DNA from: Camelus ferus
Lineage: Eukaryota
DNA length: 64,000 bases
Reading direction: 5' to 3'
NCBI RefSeq assembly: GCF_009834535.1
Contig: NC_045707.1
Location: 56,918,001-56,982,000, forward strand
Part shown: positions 13,076 to 26,140 of the stretch, piece by piece
Position numbering within the stretch: position 1 is the stretch's first letter
How the letters are laid out: every line of letters begins with the position of its first letter
The notes under the pieces: generated by a model
Seen by the model: the letters and a program-made list of their open reading frames with translations, nothing else
What the model was told of the DNA's origin: nothing
Database searches by the model: none
Made by a program: the position numbers and the translations under genes

Positions 13076-14791
13076 AGGGAAGCCAATTTTTGGGGTTCTG
13101 AAAAACTAAGTGCCTTTACATGTGTTCTCTGCCTGATGTATGAGAACATTGCCTGCTCTCCAGAATTCAGCAACAAAGCCACATCGTCTCCAACAGCTGC
13201 TGTTAAACAGTATCTGATACCCAGGGAAACTCTATACACACATTGACAAATTAAAGTCCAGAAAGTAGAGCAGGGATAAGACAGAAGCTGGGCACATTTC
13301 AGCAGGAGTGTAATAAGTGAGGTGTGATAGAAACACAACGTGATGGTCAGACAGCCTGATGCTACATGACAGCACCCAAGTTTGAATCAGCAAACATCTA
13401 CTTTTTGGGTGATGCCTGTTACTTTGATTAGAAGATTTCTGAAAACAAAGTTACCCAGTACCTATGTCCACATCCACCATGAAAAGTTTCTTGTAGCGTG
13501 TTTGATTTTAGACAGAGTTGCTTCTCTCAGGTCACCAAAATGCGTTAATATAATCTTCTCCTATGTAGTTTTTGTGAAAGGTCAAAGCAGTTGTCTTGTT
13601 ATATGGAGACTTAAAAAATCAAGGGGACACAAAGTATTATTTGCATAGAGTTTGAATCTCATTTTCCTTTTAAATTGGGCAGCCTTACTCAACAATTTCT
13701 GTGTAGACTTTAAAAGTCCAGTTGTGCCTGTCAAATTGTATTAGTTATGCAAGCAACTCTACCTTCGAGCTGTCTAGCCCAGGGCTGACCATGAGACATG
13801 GCTGTTTCACACAGTAATTTTGGATGACAGCTTTCCCTGAGCTCATGCAAGGCTAGGAGGCAATTATAAGACCAGAGGTCATTAACACCGCATTTGATTA
13901 CATAACATAATAAAGCAGGAAAACAAATAGATACATAGAGAGGGAGAGAGGATATTGATTTCTATTGAAACAAATGAATTTTTGTTTCCAAACTAAATGA
14001 TTTCTAAATTAAATTTATAAAGAGTCTTTGAATTTATAAAGACTAATATTCTGAGAGATTCATAGATATAAAATTTAAGGAATATATTAAGTCTTCCAGC
14101 TGCCTTGTTTTATCTCTCCGGTGTAATACTTCTGTTAATTCTAGAAGGTTTGTTCTTTGGTGTGGGGAAAGAGATGTGTATTTTTATACATGTAAATTTA
14201 TGACCAGTTAAATCCAAATAAATATAAATTTAAACTCCAAAGCTTTCCACCAAGTATTACAAATAAAATTGCTAGAAGAATTTTCAATTTTTAAAAGAGG
14301 AGACACAAAAATACAGTAAATAGGGGTCACAGCTTAAGGAAGTCATTATAAAAACATGTTGAAGTAGTTAATTTTGTCTAATTTAAATGTTAGATGGTCA
14401 AGTGAGCATGCTTTCATGCCATATGCTTTCCTCAGAGCTATTTTTAATTTGCACAAGTGTTGGTGGGAGAATAAACTTAAAAGATGCTTTTTTGTGTTGT
14501 GAGGGTGATAGTGGTGCTTAAGGAAGCTGAATCCCAGCTCACCCTTTATTTTTTTCTCTTCTCTCTGATTTGCACTCATGATTCTTCAGCCAGGACTTAC
14601 TCAGATATATGGTTGCAGAAATAAGGCCATTGTCAGTTCATTAATTAAGTGGCCCACAGAATGCAGGTTTAATTGAAAGATAAAGAATGTTAAAATTGTA
14701 ATTATGATGAATAGATTGTCATAGATTCCTCTGGAGACTGCTGCCTTGGAGTCAGTGACTTGAAATTAAAAGGTTGAATTCACCTACTGTC

Positions 14792-14821
14792 ATGCAGCTT
14801 CTCCTGACCTGCTTTTCTGAG
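14792..14821 (+). other. Candidate coding part of an alternative first exon (MQLLLTCFSE)
   Basis: gtcATG, 10 open codons, then GAG|gtaagg in phase 0, in frame with exon 23161. In-frame TGA upstream at 14756. No obvious repeats nearby. Confidence 0.3.
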
Positions 14822-15704
14822 GTAAGGACTCATCTATTAAGTCAAAGTCTTTCCAAAATTTAGTTAATGAGAAATTATATCCTTTATTTCTTTCAAGTAA
14901 ACCTCCTCAAGTAAGGACACCATCCTGAAATGAGACAAGGAAATAAGCAGTTTCTTTCAGTCCCTCTATGTCTAATATTAAATATCAGAAAATGCATTGG
15001 AACATGTATAAAAATAGAATGCTCTGCCTCTGTGTGACGATGGGCAGCCTGGTAGGCTGCGGTGCTTTACCAGGTAGAAAGAGCACGAGGAGAAGACAGG
15101 AGGAAGGAAGGCCTGACGAAGCTCTGAATCTATGCCCTCTTCCCCTGACCAGGTTATCTCTATAGAACATCAGTAGGCACGGGAACTGAGTCAGTATATA
15201 CTATGCACACGTATCTTTCACGTTGAGAATACACCTGGTGGGACCAAACCAAGAGAAGTTTCTTTGAAAAGCAAAAAAAAAACTAATTGAGAACAACCAC
15301 TGACCTAAGGGCTACTACTTGAAATATTAGCAGCTCAGACACTGAATTACTCAAGTTCCCCCTTAGCTCACATGCCAGCATGCACGAGGGAAAGCACTGT
15401 TAAGGTACTAAGGCACGTTACCTCTGTCCTGGGATCTGACAAGCCTAGGGGATGTCGATACCAGCACTGACATTGTCCTGTAAGAACATGGGCCTTGCTG
15501 GAGTTGCTTAATCTCTTTTATCCAAGTTTTCTCATCTGTATTCTGGGAAAAATAAGGCTGTCATGTTGAATAAATGATATAACAAATGTAAAGTTCCTAA
15601 CAATACCCCTAAGCTATAATGAATGCTCAGGAAACAACAGCTTAAGGAGAGGATGAGGTGGGCAGGAGAGAAAAGAGGTAACACCAAGAGCTCAGCGTTA
15701 AGCA

Positions 15705-15900
15705 CGGAGGGATAAATTAGGTGTTTGGGATTAGCTGTATATAAAATAGATAACAAGGTCCTACAGTACAGCACTGGGAACTATATTCAATATCTTATAA
15801 AAACCTAAAATGAAAAAGAATATGTATCATAATAAGTCACTGTGCTGTACATCAGAAACTAACACAATGTTGTAAATCAACTAAACTTCAATTAAAAAAA
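15705..15900 (+). mobile_element. LINE-1 3' UTR fragment, cetartiodactyl type
   Basis: gggataaattaggtgtttgggattag...aacaaggtcctacagtacagcactgggaactatattcaa...tgtaaatcaactaaacttcaattaaaaaaa. Confidence 0.8.
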
Positions 15901-16247
15901 TAACTTAGTATTAAAAACTGACAATAAAGAAACTTTACTTTTTATGAAACTTACAGGATTTGTAATTTCAGAGTGCTCAGAAATTAGATAACTTGTGTTG
16001 GCCTGTAAAAAATGATACCTTCAATTTGTTTAAAGATACTAACAGGAAGAAATTTATTTTATTTTACTCTCTTTTAAAAGGAACTAATGCTCTATATCAT
16101 GACTTGAGTTAGTACTGAGGAGGATGTAGCTAGAAATGATTTATTCCTGAGTAAAAGTACTTTGAGTGCTAAATGCCTGAATGTATATAGACATTTTAAC
16201 TTGCTTCTTTCACTAACATCTCCCTAGGACACAGGGCGCGCTCAAAT

Positions 16248-16250
<3 letters not shown>

Positions 16251-16290
<40 letters not shown>
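16251..16290. repeat. (TG)20 microsatellite
   Basis: Perfect TG run. Confidence 0.97.
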
Positions 16291-16294
<4 letters not shown>

Positions 16295-17379
16295 GTGATT
16301 TGTGTGAGTACATACTAAGGAAAAACAGGGCACTCCCTTCTGTCTGAGGATATTTATATGGTACTGTGTGTCCTAACTGCTCTTTAAAATTCCAAGGAAA
16401 AAATAAACAGAGTTGGGAAAGTCATTTTGGTTCTTGGGAAAACTAAAAATTTGGGCAGACTATGTTTGGGGAACAAAATGACTGGTCTGGAAGGTTGCTG
16501 ACTACAGTTGGTAATGGGTAAGCGATCTACGAGTTCTGTCAGTGATTCACAGCAGTCTTGGCTCTTAAAGACTCCTTTGAATCAGACCTGGTGAAGCATG
16601 TTTCCATCTAACATTTATCCCTCACTGCCTTCAGCTTCTGACAGTACTCTGTGTTACACATCGTGTTCTGTTCCTTACCTTTTATCATGCAAAATTATAA
16701 TTTTGAAATCTCTCCATGTTGTTATATAAAGATCTAGCCAGATTACTCTGCCTTTTACACAATATTCCCTCATGTGAATCTACTATATCTACTATATTTA
16801 CCATTTTAAATTCATCCACTTTTCTATAGATGGAAATCTAAGTTGTCCCAATTCTTGGCCACAAAACCAGTTTTTGTCAAAATCTCTTATATACTGATGT
16901 CTATGATATATTTCCAAAAGTAAAATATACACCATGCATCATTTCTCAAATCCGTTTGGCTATGATTTTTTTTCCTCTGGGAATCTTGTGGTAATACTGT
17001 TTTGTATAATGTAGTTTGAGAAACTCTATGTTAGAGAAGTAACATATGGGTTAAATATGCATTTTTACTTTGAGAATTAATAAGACCAAAATAATATATT
17101 CGAAGAACAAATGATATGTCTGAATGCATGAATTATTGAGAAAAATAGTATTACTTCACATACATGCAATAAAATATAGCAGACAATAATGCCATTGCTG
17201 TGTAGAATGTAGTATGGTATTATTTCAGATACAGGCAAAAACAAAAGCTGCAAAGCAAAAAGTATAAGATATGTTCTATATTGAGCAAATTCTAATAATG
17301 TCACTGAGGACAAGAAATAACTAATTAATTATGCCTTTTAAAATTGTTTTGGTATTAAAGTCAAAGTTTAGGGAAAGTA

Positions 17380-17760
17380 AATCATTAATTTATTGTTACA
17401 GCAAGGGTTTATTGAATACCTACAGTCAGAAACTCTGCAAAGCCCTGAGGATATAAAAATAAACAGGATGACAACATTGTCTTAAAGGATCATGTGTTTA
17501 TTTGGAGAAGATGAGCATGTAATTCAATTATTATGAAATAATACAGTAAATGCATTGATAGATCTTGAACAAGGTATTATAGATCATTAACAAGGCAAGT
17601 TGGTGCTTTAAAAATAAATTAGGCAGAGAGAATAGGGAAGAGTATTCCAGGTATAGGAATAGTGTGAAATAAAAAAGAAAATAAGAGAGATGAGGAAATG
17701 GAAAGGTGGCGATAGAAACAGGAAGGGGAAATCTGTGGTGGATGCAGAAGATAGACCACT
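17380..17760 (-). mobile_element. Decayed LINE-2 3' fragment
   Basis: tttattgaatacctac...gggaagagtattccaggtataggaatag. Confidence 0.5.
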
Positions 17761-18495
17761 AAAAAGGAGATGTTATAGAGTAAGCTTACCTGTAAGTCAA
17801 CAGTGTCTCCATGCACATAAACTAATAGTACTTCATGTATGGCAGTTTAGTGATAGGTTTTGAGTGTTTATTAGTGAGGAAAATCCCTGATGTGCCGCCA
17901 ATGTGAATTCTGAAAGAGACCTATGAGGTTAAGTGCAACAAACGTGTCTAAGTTATCTCTATATGTTCAGCACATAAAACAAGGTCTCGTATGTAGTAGG
18001 TGCACAATAAATGTTATATGGATGGATGGATAGAGGGATGATAGGTCTGTATTAATTGCTACTGTCAAAGAATTTGGTGATTTTCTATTTTAAGAGACAA
18101 GGAAGCATTGTTGCAGAAATTAAAGCATTTTGGAACCAATGTGGATTATTTTTAGCTGTGTGACCTTGAGCAAGTTATTCATCTATGCTAAGTTAAGTAT
18201 TCGCATCTGAAAAATAGGGAAGAGATAAAGTAATTCATATAAAATTCTAAGTTCGGGGCAGAGCAAAGTGGCTCCTGCTCAGAATGGTAGTTGTTATTGT
18301 TCAGTGAGAAATAAAGCTAATTAATTGTGAAAGGGCCATATTTTGGAAGGCTTGGATTTTAAAAGTTAAAATCTGTTTAAATTTGATGTGCTTAGAATTA
18401 GGAAGATCTGAAAAGCTTTGTGAGCTTGAGGAAAATACAATTTTTCCAAGGACTGAGGGAGGGCAAATTAGACAGGAAAGGCTGTGGTCAGGAGG

Positions 18496-18524
18496 AAAAA
18501 CAAAACAAAACAAAACAAAACAAA
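18496..18524. repeat. (CAAAA)n pentamer repeat
   Basis: aaaaacaaaacaaaacaaaacaaaacaaa. Confidence 0.9.
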
Positions 18525-18544
18525 CTTTATTGTAGTTATCCAGT

Positions 18545-19495
18545 ACAAAACAGATTGTCTGGATTCAAAGCCCAGCTATGTCATTGACTAAGTGTCTAAC
18601 TTTGGAAAATATCTTAATTTCTCTAAGCCTCAGTGAGACTTTTTTTAAGATGTTGTATTTATTAGGCAGTTTTAGGTTCATAGCAAAATTGAGAAGGTAC
18701 AGAGGTTTACTATATTCCATCTCCCCCCACATATGCATGGTCTCCATATGCAACCATACAACCTCCGTCAGAGTGGTACATCAGTTACAATTGATGAACC
18801 TACATTGACACATCATTATCAACCAAACTCGATAGTTTTCCTTATGGTTCACCCTGAGTGTTGTATATTTATGGGTTTGGACAAATGCTTACACGTATCT
18901 GTAATTATACAGAGTATTTCCACTGCCCTAAAACTCCTCTGTGCTTTGTCCATTCATCCCCTCCACTCCCCCAACACCCCTGGCAACCATTCATTTTTTT
19001 ACTGTCTCTATAATTTTTATTTTTCCAGGACATCATATGGTTGGAATCATATAACATGTAACCTTTTTCAGATTGGCTTCTTTCACTTAGTAATATGCAT
19101 TTAGGGTGTCTCCATGTTTCTTTCTGGCTTGATAGCTTATTTCTTTTTAGCCTGGACAATATTCCATTGTCTACATGAGTTACAGTTTATTTATCCCTGC
19201 ACCTACTGAAGGGCATCTTGATCACTTCCAAGTTTTAGCACTTATGAAGGAAACTGCTGTAAACATCATGTGCAGGGTTTTGTTTGGTCATAGTTTTCAA
19301 CTTCTTTGAGTAAATATCATGGAATGAGATTGCTGGATTGTATGGTAAGTGTGTTTAGTTTTGTTTAGCAAGATTTTAGTAATGTGTTACAGGGTTTTAT
19401 TAGGATTAATGAGGTAATCAATATAAACTGCCTGGCAGAGTGCCTGGCAGAGTACCTGGCATATTGTAATGGCTCAATCAATGTTAATTACCTTT
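18545..19495 (+). mobile_element. MIR split by an L1MC insertion
   Basis: The left half ends ttctctaagcctcagt (~18634). The right half is acagggttttattaggattaatgag...cctggcatattgtaatggctcaatcaatg. Confidence 0.65.
18640..19365 (-). mobile_element. LINE-1 3' end (L1MC1-like), same family as 11935-12645
   Basis: ttttaggttcatagcaaaattgagaaggtacagag, gatgaacctacattgacacatc, cctttttcagattggcttctttcacttag. Confidence 0.85.
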
Positions 19496-21869
19496 ACTGT
19501 TATTATGTAGGAAAAGTTGATTTAAAAATTCAGTTCATGTTGACAGTATGGATGGAGAAGTAGGTACAGAAGAGAGAAATGTCAGATAAAAAGTGTAAAA
19601 ACACTTGATGATTGGCTCCATGATATTGCCTCCTAGATATGCAGAGATATGTAGGATGTGCTGGTCTAACATTGTTGCTCTGTGTGGAAGGAGGACCTCA
19701 CCTCCTAGCTCCCCACACTCTTTTTGGAGTAATTAAGAAAGATCATATAAGGTAATTATAAGTAATGGTTATTTAATTCTCTAGATAAGGAAAAAGAGAA
19801 TTGCTAACTGCACTCCACATCTGAACCATATAAACCTGATGAACAGCTAGGGTCAAATGGTATAGGGGAAAGGCATTAGACACACAGTCTGGAGAACTGT
19901 GTTCACAGCATAACTCACTCTTGATGTGCTGTAAGCTTCGTGAACTTGGACTTAAATCTTAGTAATTCAGTTTCCTCAGCCATAAAGTTGGAATGAGGTT
20001 CCTTCACTAGTTATTTAGAGAGCAAAATGAGATAATGAGTGTGAAAATAGTGCCTGAAATTTTCTAGAAAGTTAATAATGTGAGGCTAATCTTAATACAT
20101 GCAATCACTAAATAGCTTGCTCAGAATCAGTGCCATAATGATAAAAAAAATATGAAGTCATCTGTCACCAATGACATCTTGGCTAATTTCTGTCCTTAGT
20201 TTTGAATACATGATTGTTTCAGTGCACTTATGGATTTATATTTTCTTTTATATGCTGAATATAAAAGCATACTTCTCTATTATAGAGAGTTCTGATGACA
20301 AATACATAGCAGGAACCAAAAAACAAAATTCACTTATAATTTTCTACCTGGAGATATGTAATGTTAAAATTCCAAAATATTTCCTTTCTGTAGATAGCAA
20401 GCTAAATATCTACAAAGATAAACCAGATATGTGCTTTGTTTAAAAATGGCATGATGTTAAATGTACAGGTTTGATTTATGTTTTGTCTTAAAATATTCAT
20501 GTGTATAGGATTACTTTCAAATACCTATGTTAGTAATATACAATGCAGAATCTTTGTTACTTTCTTCTTTTCTGCATGAAGACTATGCAGTTTATATGAA
20601 GATTTCATTTTTTGTGGAAGTGTTTATTGTTCTCTGCTTGTTGCTTAGTTCCATTCTCCACTTATATAATATATTCAGAAAATATCAACATTTAAGCAAG
20701 AAGCAATCAGAGAAGAAAACATTTATCTGTAATGCCAGCCAAATGTAACAATGAACTCTTTCATCTTGATTCTAAGCTCTAAGTCTACTCTGAGGTCTTT
20801 GAAGTACCACTTGGGTTGAAGCCACTCAGAGAAATTCAGCAAAATAAGTGGTTTGAAGCAAACAAAAATATAAACCCTAAACCTCCTCCAGCTTTGCATA
20901 ATCATCATATTCATTTACTTTTTGCTAAGTTTGCCTTTGTGGAGATTAGGTTAACCAAACCTGTCTCCTCATTTTTGTTTTTCTTTTTGATTATCCGAGA
21001 GTGCTTTCTCAGCCTGAAGCCACGTTGTCCCAAATGCTTAACATATTTGACAGTTTTTTTATTTTTTAGCATCAATTTTTATTACTGAGAATCACTCTAA
21101 AGAAATTGATGATGACATGGATCTGTTTGCTATTTTTCAATATTATTTTAAAATGTTTCTAAGTTAGAGTAACAGAACAGTTGAATTAAGTGTCTTGATC
21201 TTCTTCTTAAGCAGTCTTCATTTTGTCTTAACACTCTGCCTAATGGTAAAAACACCCACATTATATAATCTCTGATCCCATTTTGGAGAAGGAAGCCATG
21301 AAAGATAATTCCAAAATATCATTTGTCACATGGAAAAAGGGTTACTCCAGAACACATTACCCATTTTTATTTATTGAAAATAAATACTAATTGAGCACCA
21401 CTATATCTTAGACACTGGGAGTATAGCAATGAAGTCAGATGAAGTCCAAGTTCACATAGAACTTACATATCAGAGGGAAAGACTGAGCAATGCATAAATT
21501 AGCAAGAGAATCTCAAATAAGTCATCAAGTCTTAGATACATTTATTATTTTGTAAGATTTAGGGGCATTCTCTTTCTTCATTGTATCAAATAAGTAATTT
21601 TTTTAAAATCATGAGACATGATTTTATTTGGGCAAATTATTTGAGGAACTGTACACAATATACTATTATTCTCAGGAACCTTAGAAATGTATTGGAAACA
21701 TACCATACCTTTTGACCCAAGCTATGAAGTGGGTTTCTCATAATGAAATAGGTTTAAGTGAATGCGAGGCAACATTTCAACAACTTTTTACCTACTGCTT
21801 TTCTCCTCCTATAGGACCATGATCATCTGAAGTTCAACCAGCCACAAATTCAAGGAACCCATCCTAGTT

Positions 21870-22690
21870 TTTGTTTATTCCTCTCATGATTAATCACCAT
21901 TCATCTGGTGCCCTAAGCCAGGCATCCGCTGCCTCTCCTCCCTAATCAGTTCCTCCTTCTTGTAAATTTGACCTCCCACATCCTCCAGGGTGCCTCTTCT
22001 TCTCCAATTTCATCACCGTTGCCTTACTCCGTATCTTTACCATCTGCTGAATGGATTTTACCAAAGGAAACCCTAATTCTGGTCTCGTGTGTGCCTGCAC
22101 CCCACCTCAATCCAGTTCACCCTCCATAACCAGTGTTTTTGGAGAACACACATTTTATCCTTTCATTTTGCTGCCTGATATTATTTAAAAACTCCCATTG
22201 CCTACTAGATAAAATCTGAACTTCCTTAGGTGTGTCATGGAAGGTTCTCGCTATCTTCCCTTTATTTTTCTCATCTGCCCACCATCGTGCTCTGTGCTCC
22301 AGCCATGTCAGATGGTTTCCTAGGAGGTTTCTGATCTTTCTCATCTCCTGGATTTTGTGCACACTATTTCCTCTGCTGAGGAAGTCTTTCATTCACACCT
22401 AACTACGGGGACAGCTCCTATTAGACTTTAAAATCTCAGCTTGAGTATCATCTTTTCAGACAATGCCACCCTGATAGCCTAGTCTAGGGGCTTTCTTTTT
22501 TGGGCTCCCCTAAAGAAACATGTATGTATTTCTATTTTATCCTGTACTGTTGGAATATACTATTTGTTCATAAAGCTATCACTCTCATAGAACTGTGTAA
22601 CTCCTAAAAGGCAGTGACTGTGATCTATTCATCTCTGTGTCTCCAATGATTGGCATACAGTAAATTTCAGTGAAATATTTGTTAATTAAG
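21870..22690 (+). mobile_element. LINE-2 3' portion
   Basis: aaaactcccattgcctac...tgctccagccatg...ctattcatctctgtgtctcca...ggcatacagtaa...aaatatttgtt. Confidence 0.65.
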
Positions 22691-23160
22691 TAATAACATT
22701 AAGTAAATATTTTAATCTCTAAATGGCATATTTTGTTTTGGATTGGTGTTGATTTTTTTTTTTTGTGATCTCGTATACTCAATCTAAACATTCCTATAAA
22801 AGAATGAAAATGTGAGATCTTTGGAGTTGTTCACAAAATTAGTCAAATTTAAATTATTCTGTATTATCATTATGTTATCATACTAATGTTAAGTTCAATA
22901 TGATGTATCTGATGCATTTTGAAATATATTTTATATACTCATCTGAGCAGCATATTATAAAAATGTGTATGTTAAATATCATGGACTAGCATTTTCTGAA
23001 CATTGAAACCAAGTTAATTTAATAACAGCAATGTATAGTCAACTGGGTCATTTCATCCATTCTTTAAACTCAAATTTTATCATTTGAATTTTTTTCTTCC
23101 TACTGGGATCTATTTTTCATATCAGGAATATGTCTTCAAATATTTTTATTCCCCTTTCAG

Positions 23161-23262
23161 GAATTTGCTGCACTGACAAAAGAACTAAATGCCTGTAGGG
23201 AACAACTTCTAGAAAAGGAAGAAGAAATTTCTGAACTTAAGGCTGAAAGAAACAACACAAGA
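23161..23262 (+). CDS. PPFIA2: PPFIA2 internal coding exon, 102 nt, phase 0-0: [34 protein letters not shown]
   Basis: Acceptor tttttattcccctttcag|GAA and donor AGA|gtaagt. The translation matches the recalled liprin-alpha-2 coiled coil ([16 protein letters not shown], versus NVCREQLLEREEEIAE in PPFIA1). Confidence 0.96.
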
Positions 23263-23933
23263 GTAAGTATAAAACTGCCTCTTCTCAGAATTAATTCCAT
23301 GTATAGTTGAGTGCCTCATCTCTAATATACTCGTAAAAATATGAGCCTTTCAAAACCTGAGGGAGACTTTAAGCAGACACCAACTTGTAGTCTGTTACTT
23401 AAAGTAAAGGAGAATATACTACAAAACAAAACAGGAAGACAGGAAACCTAAATTACAGTCTCTGCGACTAAGTCACTACGTTGCCTTGGAAAATGTTGCT
23501 GTTCCTTCATTCTTTTGCTTTATTCAACCTTAAAAAGAAAAGCTGGATTTCAGTAGTGCTTTTCAAACTGTTGTATCAGAATAGGTGGGCAGCTCTTCAG
23601 AGGCTGATGTTGGATAATGGAGGAGGGCACTGGGTTTGAGAGGGAAGCATGAGTTTGATTGTGTAGTGCTATGAGGGCATGGCCTGGCATTCATCCTCAC
23701 CTCACTCCAGCAAAATATTTTTTAAAAGGTGCTAAAAACCTAAACATCTGGAACAGGACCCTCCTAATTAAAAGAGGCATCCTTTTCTATTTTAGAAGGT
23801 CCTCAAGGAAATTTCCAGTTTTAATATTCCGATTTCACGAACCTGGTGGAATTTACAGTGTTCTGTTCTTCCAAACCCATGTATTTGTTCCATCTCATGA
23901 CATGCTAAGTAACATTAAAATTTAAAATTTTCA

Positions 23934-24047
23934 GGGTGATGTTATAGCTCAGTGGTAGAGTGCGTGCCTAGCATGCATGAGGTCCTGGGTTCAATTCCCA
24001 GTACTTCCATTAAATAAATAAACCTAATTATCTACCCCCTCAAAAAA
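23934..24047 (+). mobile_element. tRNA-derived SINE, camelid Vic-1-like
   Basis: tatagctcagtggtagagtgcgtgcctagcatgcatgaggtcctgggttcaattcccagtac (A box and B box), then attaaataaataaacctaatt, a C-rich stretch and an A tail. Confidence 0.85.
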
Positions 24048-24869
24048 GTAAATTTGACCAAAGATGATACATTTTCTTGCTCAGAAGAAAAAGTCATTAA
24101 ATTTTATAAAATTTATAAATTGCCATGTTACCCATAAACTTAGAGAAGTTTCTTTACTCGAAGAACTTAGAGAAAAACTACTTTGGTGTGACTGTATTTA
24201 ATTTCAATACGAGGTAAGTGAAAATACTTCAAGTGTTAGAGCTCTGGCAGATTAATGCTGAGAAAATAAGGCACAGTTAATAGTGTATTCATTTTATGCT
24301 TGATCTTAGAGAGGAATACAAAAATGACAGCTCCACCAACAGTGAGCTTGTGCCTCTAATGAGAGGTACCTTTCCATGCTTGAGAGCTATATGATCAGAC
24401 TCAGTTTATCTCCCTATTCTTCAGGCTCTTATTTTATGGTAAAGGGAATTCACATGGTGTGCACATAGAAGTTGATTTTCATTGAGACTGGTGAGCCAGT
24501 AACATGGACTATCTCAAATGAGACATAACAAAGATAGTTTAGATCACGTTATCAGGTGACAAATTAATTTTTCTGTTTTTTCTCTCCCTCTCTATATTTT
24601 TCCCATCTTTGATTTTTAAATTACACTTTTTTTCATGCAAATTTAAAGTTTTTCTGCCATGAGATTTATTCTACCGTATTTCACTATTTTCTATTTTAAT
24701 GTTTGGGCGGCATTCCCTGATAAACCTCAGTGCAGCCAAATGTAAAAATAGAAACAGGAAGCTAAAAATGGAGGGAAATGCAAATATCTTGGTAGACTTC
24801 TAACTAATTTACATATTTAAAAAGTACCAGAAGCTCTTTTATTAGCTGCGTATGCATTTCTCCTTTCTC

Positions 24870-25030
24870 CAGCCCTGCGAGGTAGATGTTACATTCCCCA
24901 TTTTACAGATGAGACAGTTGAGCTCGGAAACGGCAGACCACCTACCAGAAGTCACACAGATTGTAAACAGCAGGAAGGGATTTGAAAGCTGAGTGGTCTA
25001 ACTCCAGATCCTGTGCCCTGAGCCATGAGG
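24870..25030 (-). mobile_element. MIR SINE
   Basis: ccccattttacagatgag...gtcacacag...gggatttgaa. Confidence 0.7.
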
Positions 25031-26091
25031 CCATCAGCACAATTATTCGAAGTTAGATCCACGAAGAAACTCAAAGATTGACCACAGTTTAGGGGGAGCA
25101 TTGCCTATTAGTAGACCACTGTAGTGTGGATTATGTTACTCCTTGATTGTGACTAATTTCAGAGACTGGGAGATTTGGGGACAGCATCTACACAATTATC
25201 ATCGTATTATAACCCCATGAAGCCCAGAAATACCTGTGGCTATTGCATCCGCAGAGAAGTTTTGGGTGACAAAGAGAATAAGTCAAGCTACACTTGAAAG
25301 AAGTCAAAGTGAGAAAAATATAAATATTAAGTTCAATTTGGAGAACAGAAATTGAAGCCATTTATTTTAAACATAAATCATAATTACTTTGAAAACATGA
25401 ATAAAGCTGGAAAACATTTTTTTTCACCTTCCTTAATGCAGTGATGTGGAGAGTATTTATGGATGATATGTCAAGGAAAATAGATTTATGAAAACTTCCT
25501 TGTGCAAAGTATTGATTATATAACAACTTCCTAAATCATATAACCACCTCTCAACCTCCTGTACTACCCCCCCCAAAAATATCCAGGGATGAAAATCAGA
25601 TAATCATCTCTCTTCCCCCATAGTGTCCCATTAAATGTTGCTAAATATAACAGTTTTTTATAGATTTATGTAATAGTTTTTCCTACACATTGTGTTTTTC
25701 TTTTTGCTATAAACACCTACTTATTGGTTATAGAGAGCAACAAGCTAGCATTTCCTTCTGGCACCTAAAGAAAATTTGATTGGTGTCAGATTATGGGAAA
25801 GTTTAAGTCAGAACTGAGGGTCTCAATTTCCAGGATTCTGATAAACTTGTGACTCTCTCTTTCCATATTGAATAGTTTACATATGCTCATGAATTGAAAT
25901 AAATAACATAGAAAAGACAGTTCACAAAGAGAATTCATGAGTGGATGGAGTTTTTCATGTTAATTTTGAGAATCATCAAAAACAACAGATCGGGAAGGTA
26001 TGATATTTGAATGAATTATATCAACCCCTAAATAGAAAATCAATTTTTCAGAGGGGAATGAATGAATAAAGTTTATCTAATATGTCAAGTG

Positions 26092-26140
26092 ATAATAATA
26101 ATAATAATAATAAAACAATAATAACAAATAATACTAATAA
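26092..26140. repeat. Imperfect (AAT)n microsatellite, followed by a MIR remnant
   Basis: ataataataataataataataaaacaataataac; gtaacttgccccaggccacacag follows. Confidence 0.75.

Noticed and set aside
11935..19365. Apparent segmental duplication between 11.9-12.6 kb and 18.6-19.4 kb
   Set aside because: Similarity is confined to L1MC-like sequence and the flanks differ, so these are independent insertions.
23934..24010. Apparent tRNA genes here and at 43862
   Set aside because: They have A and B boxes but lack a proper acceptor stem, and both carry the same SINE tail, so they are SINE copies.
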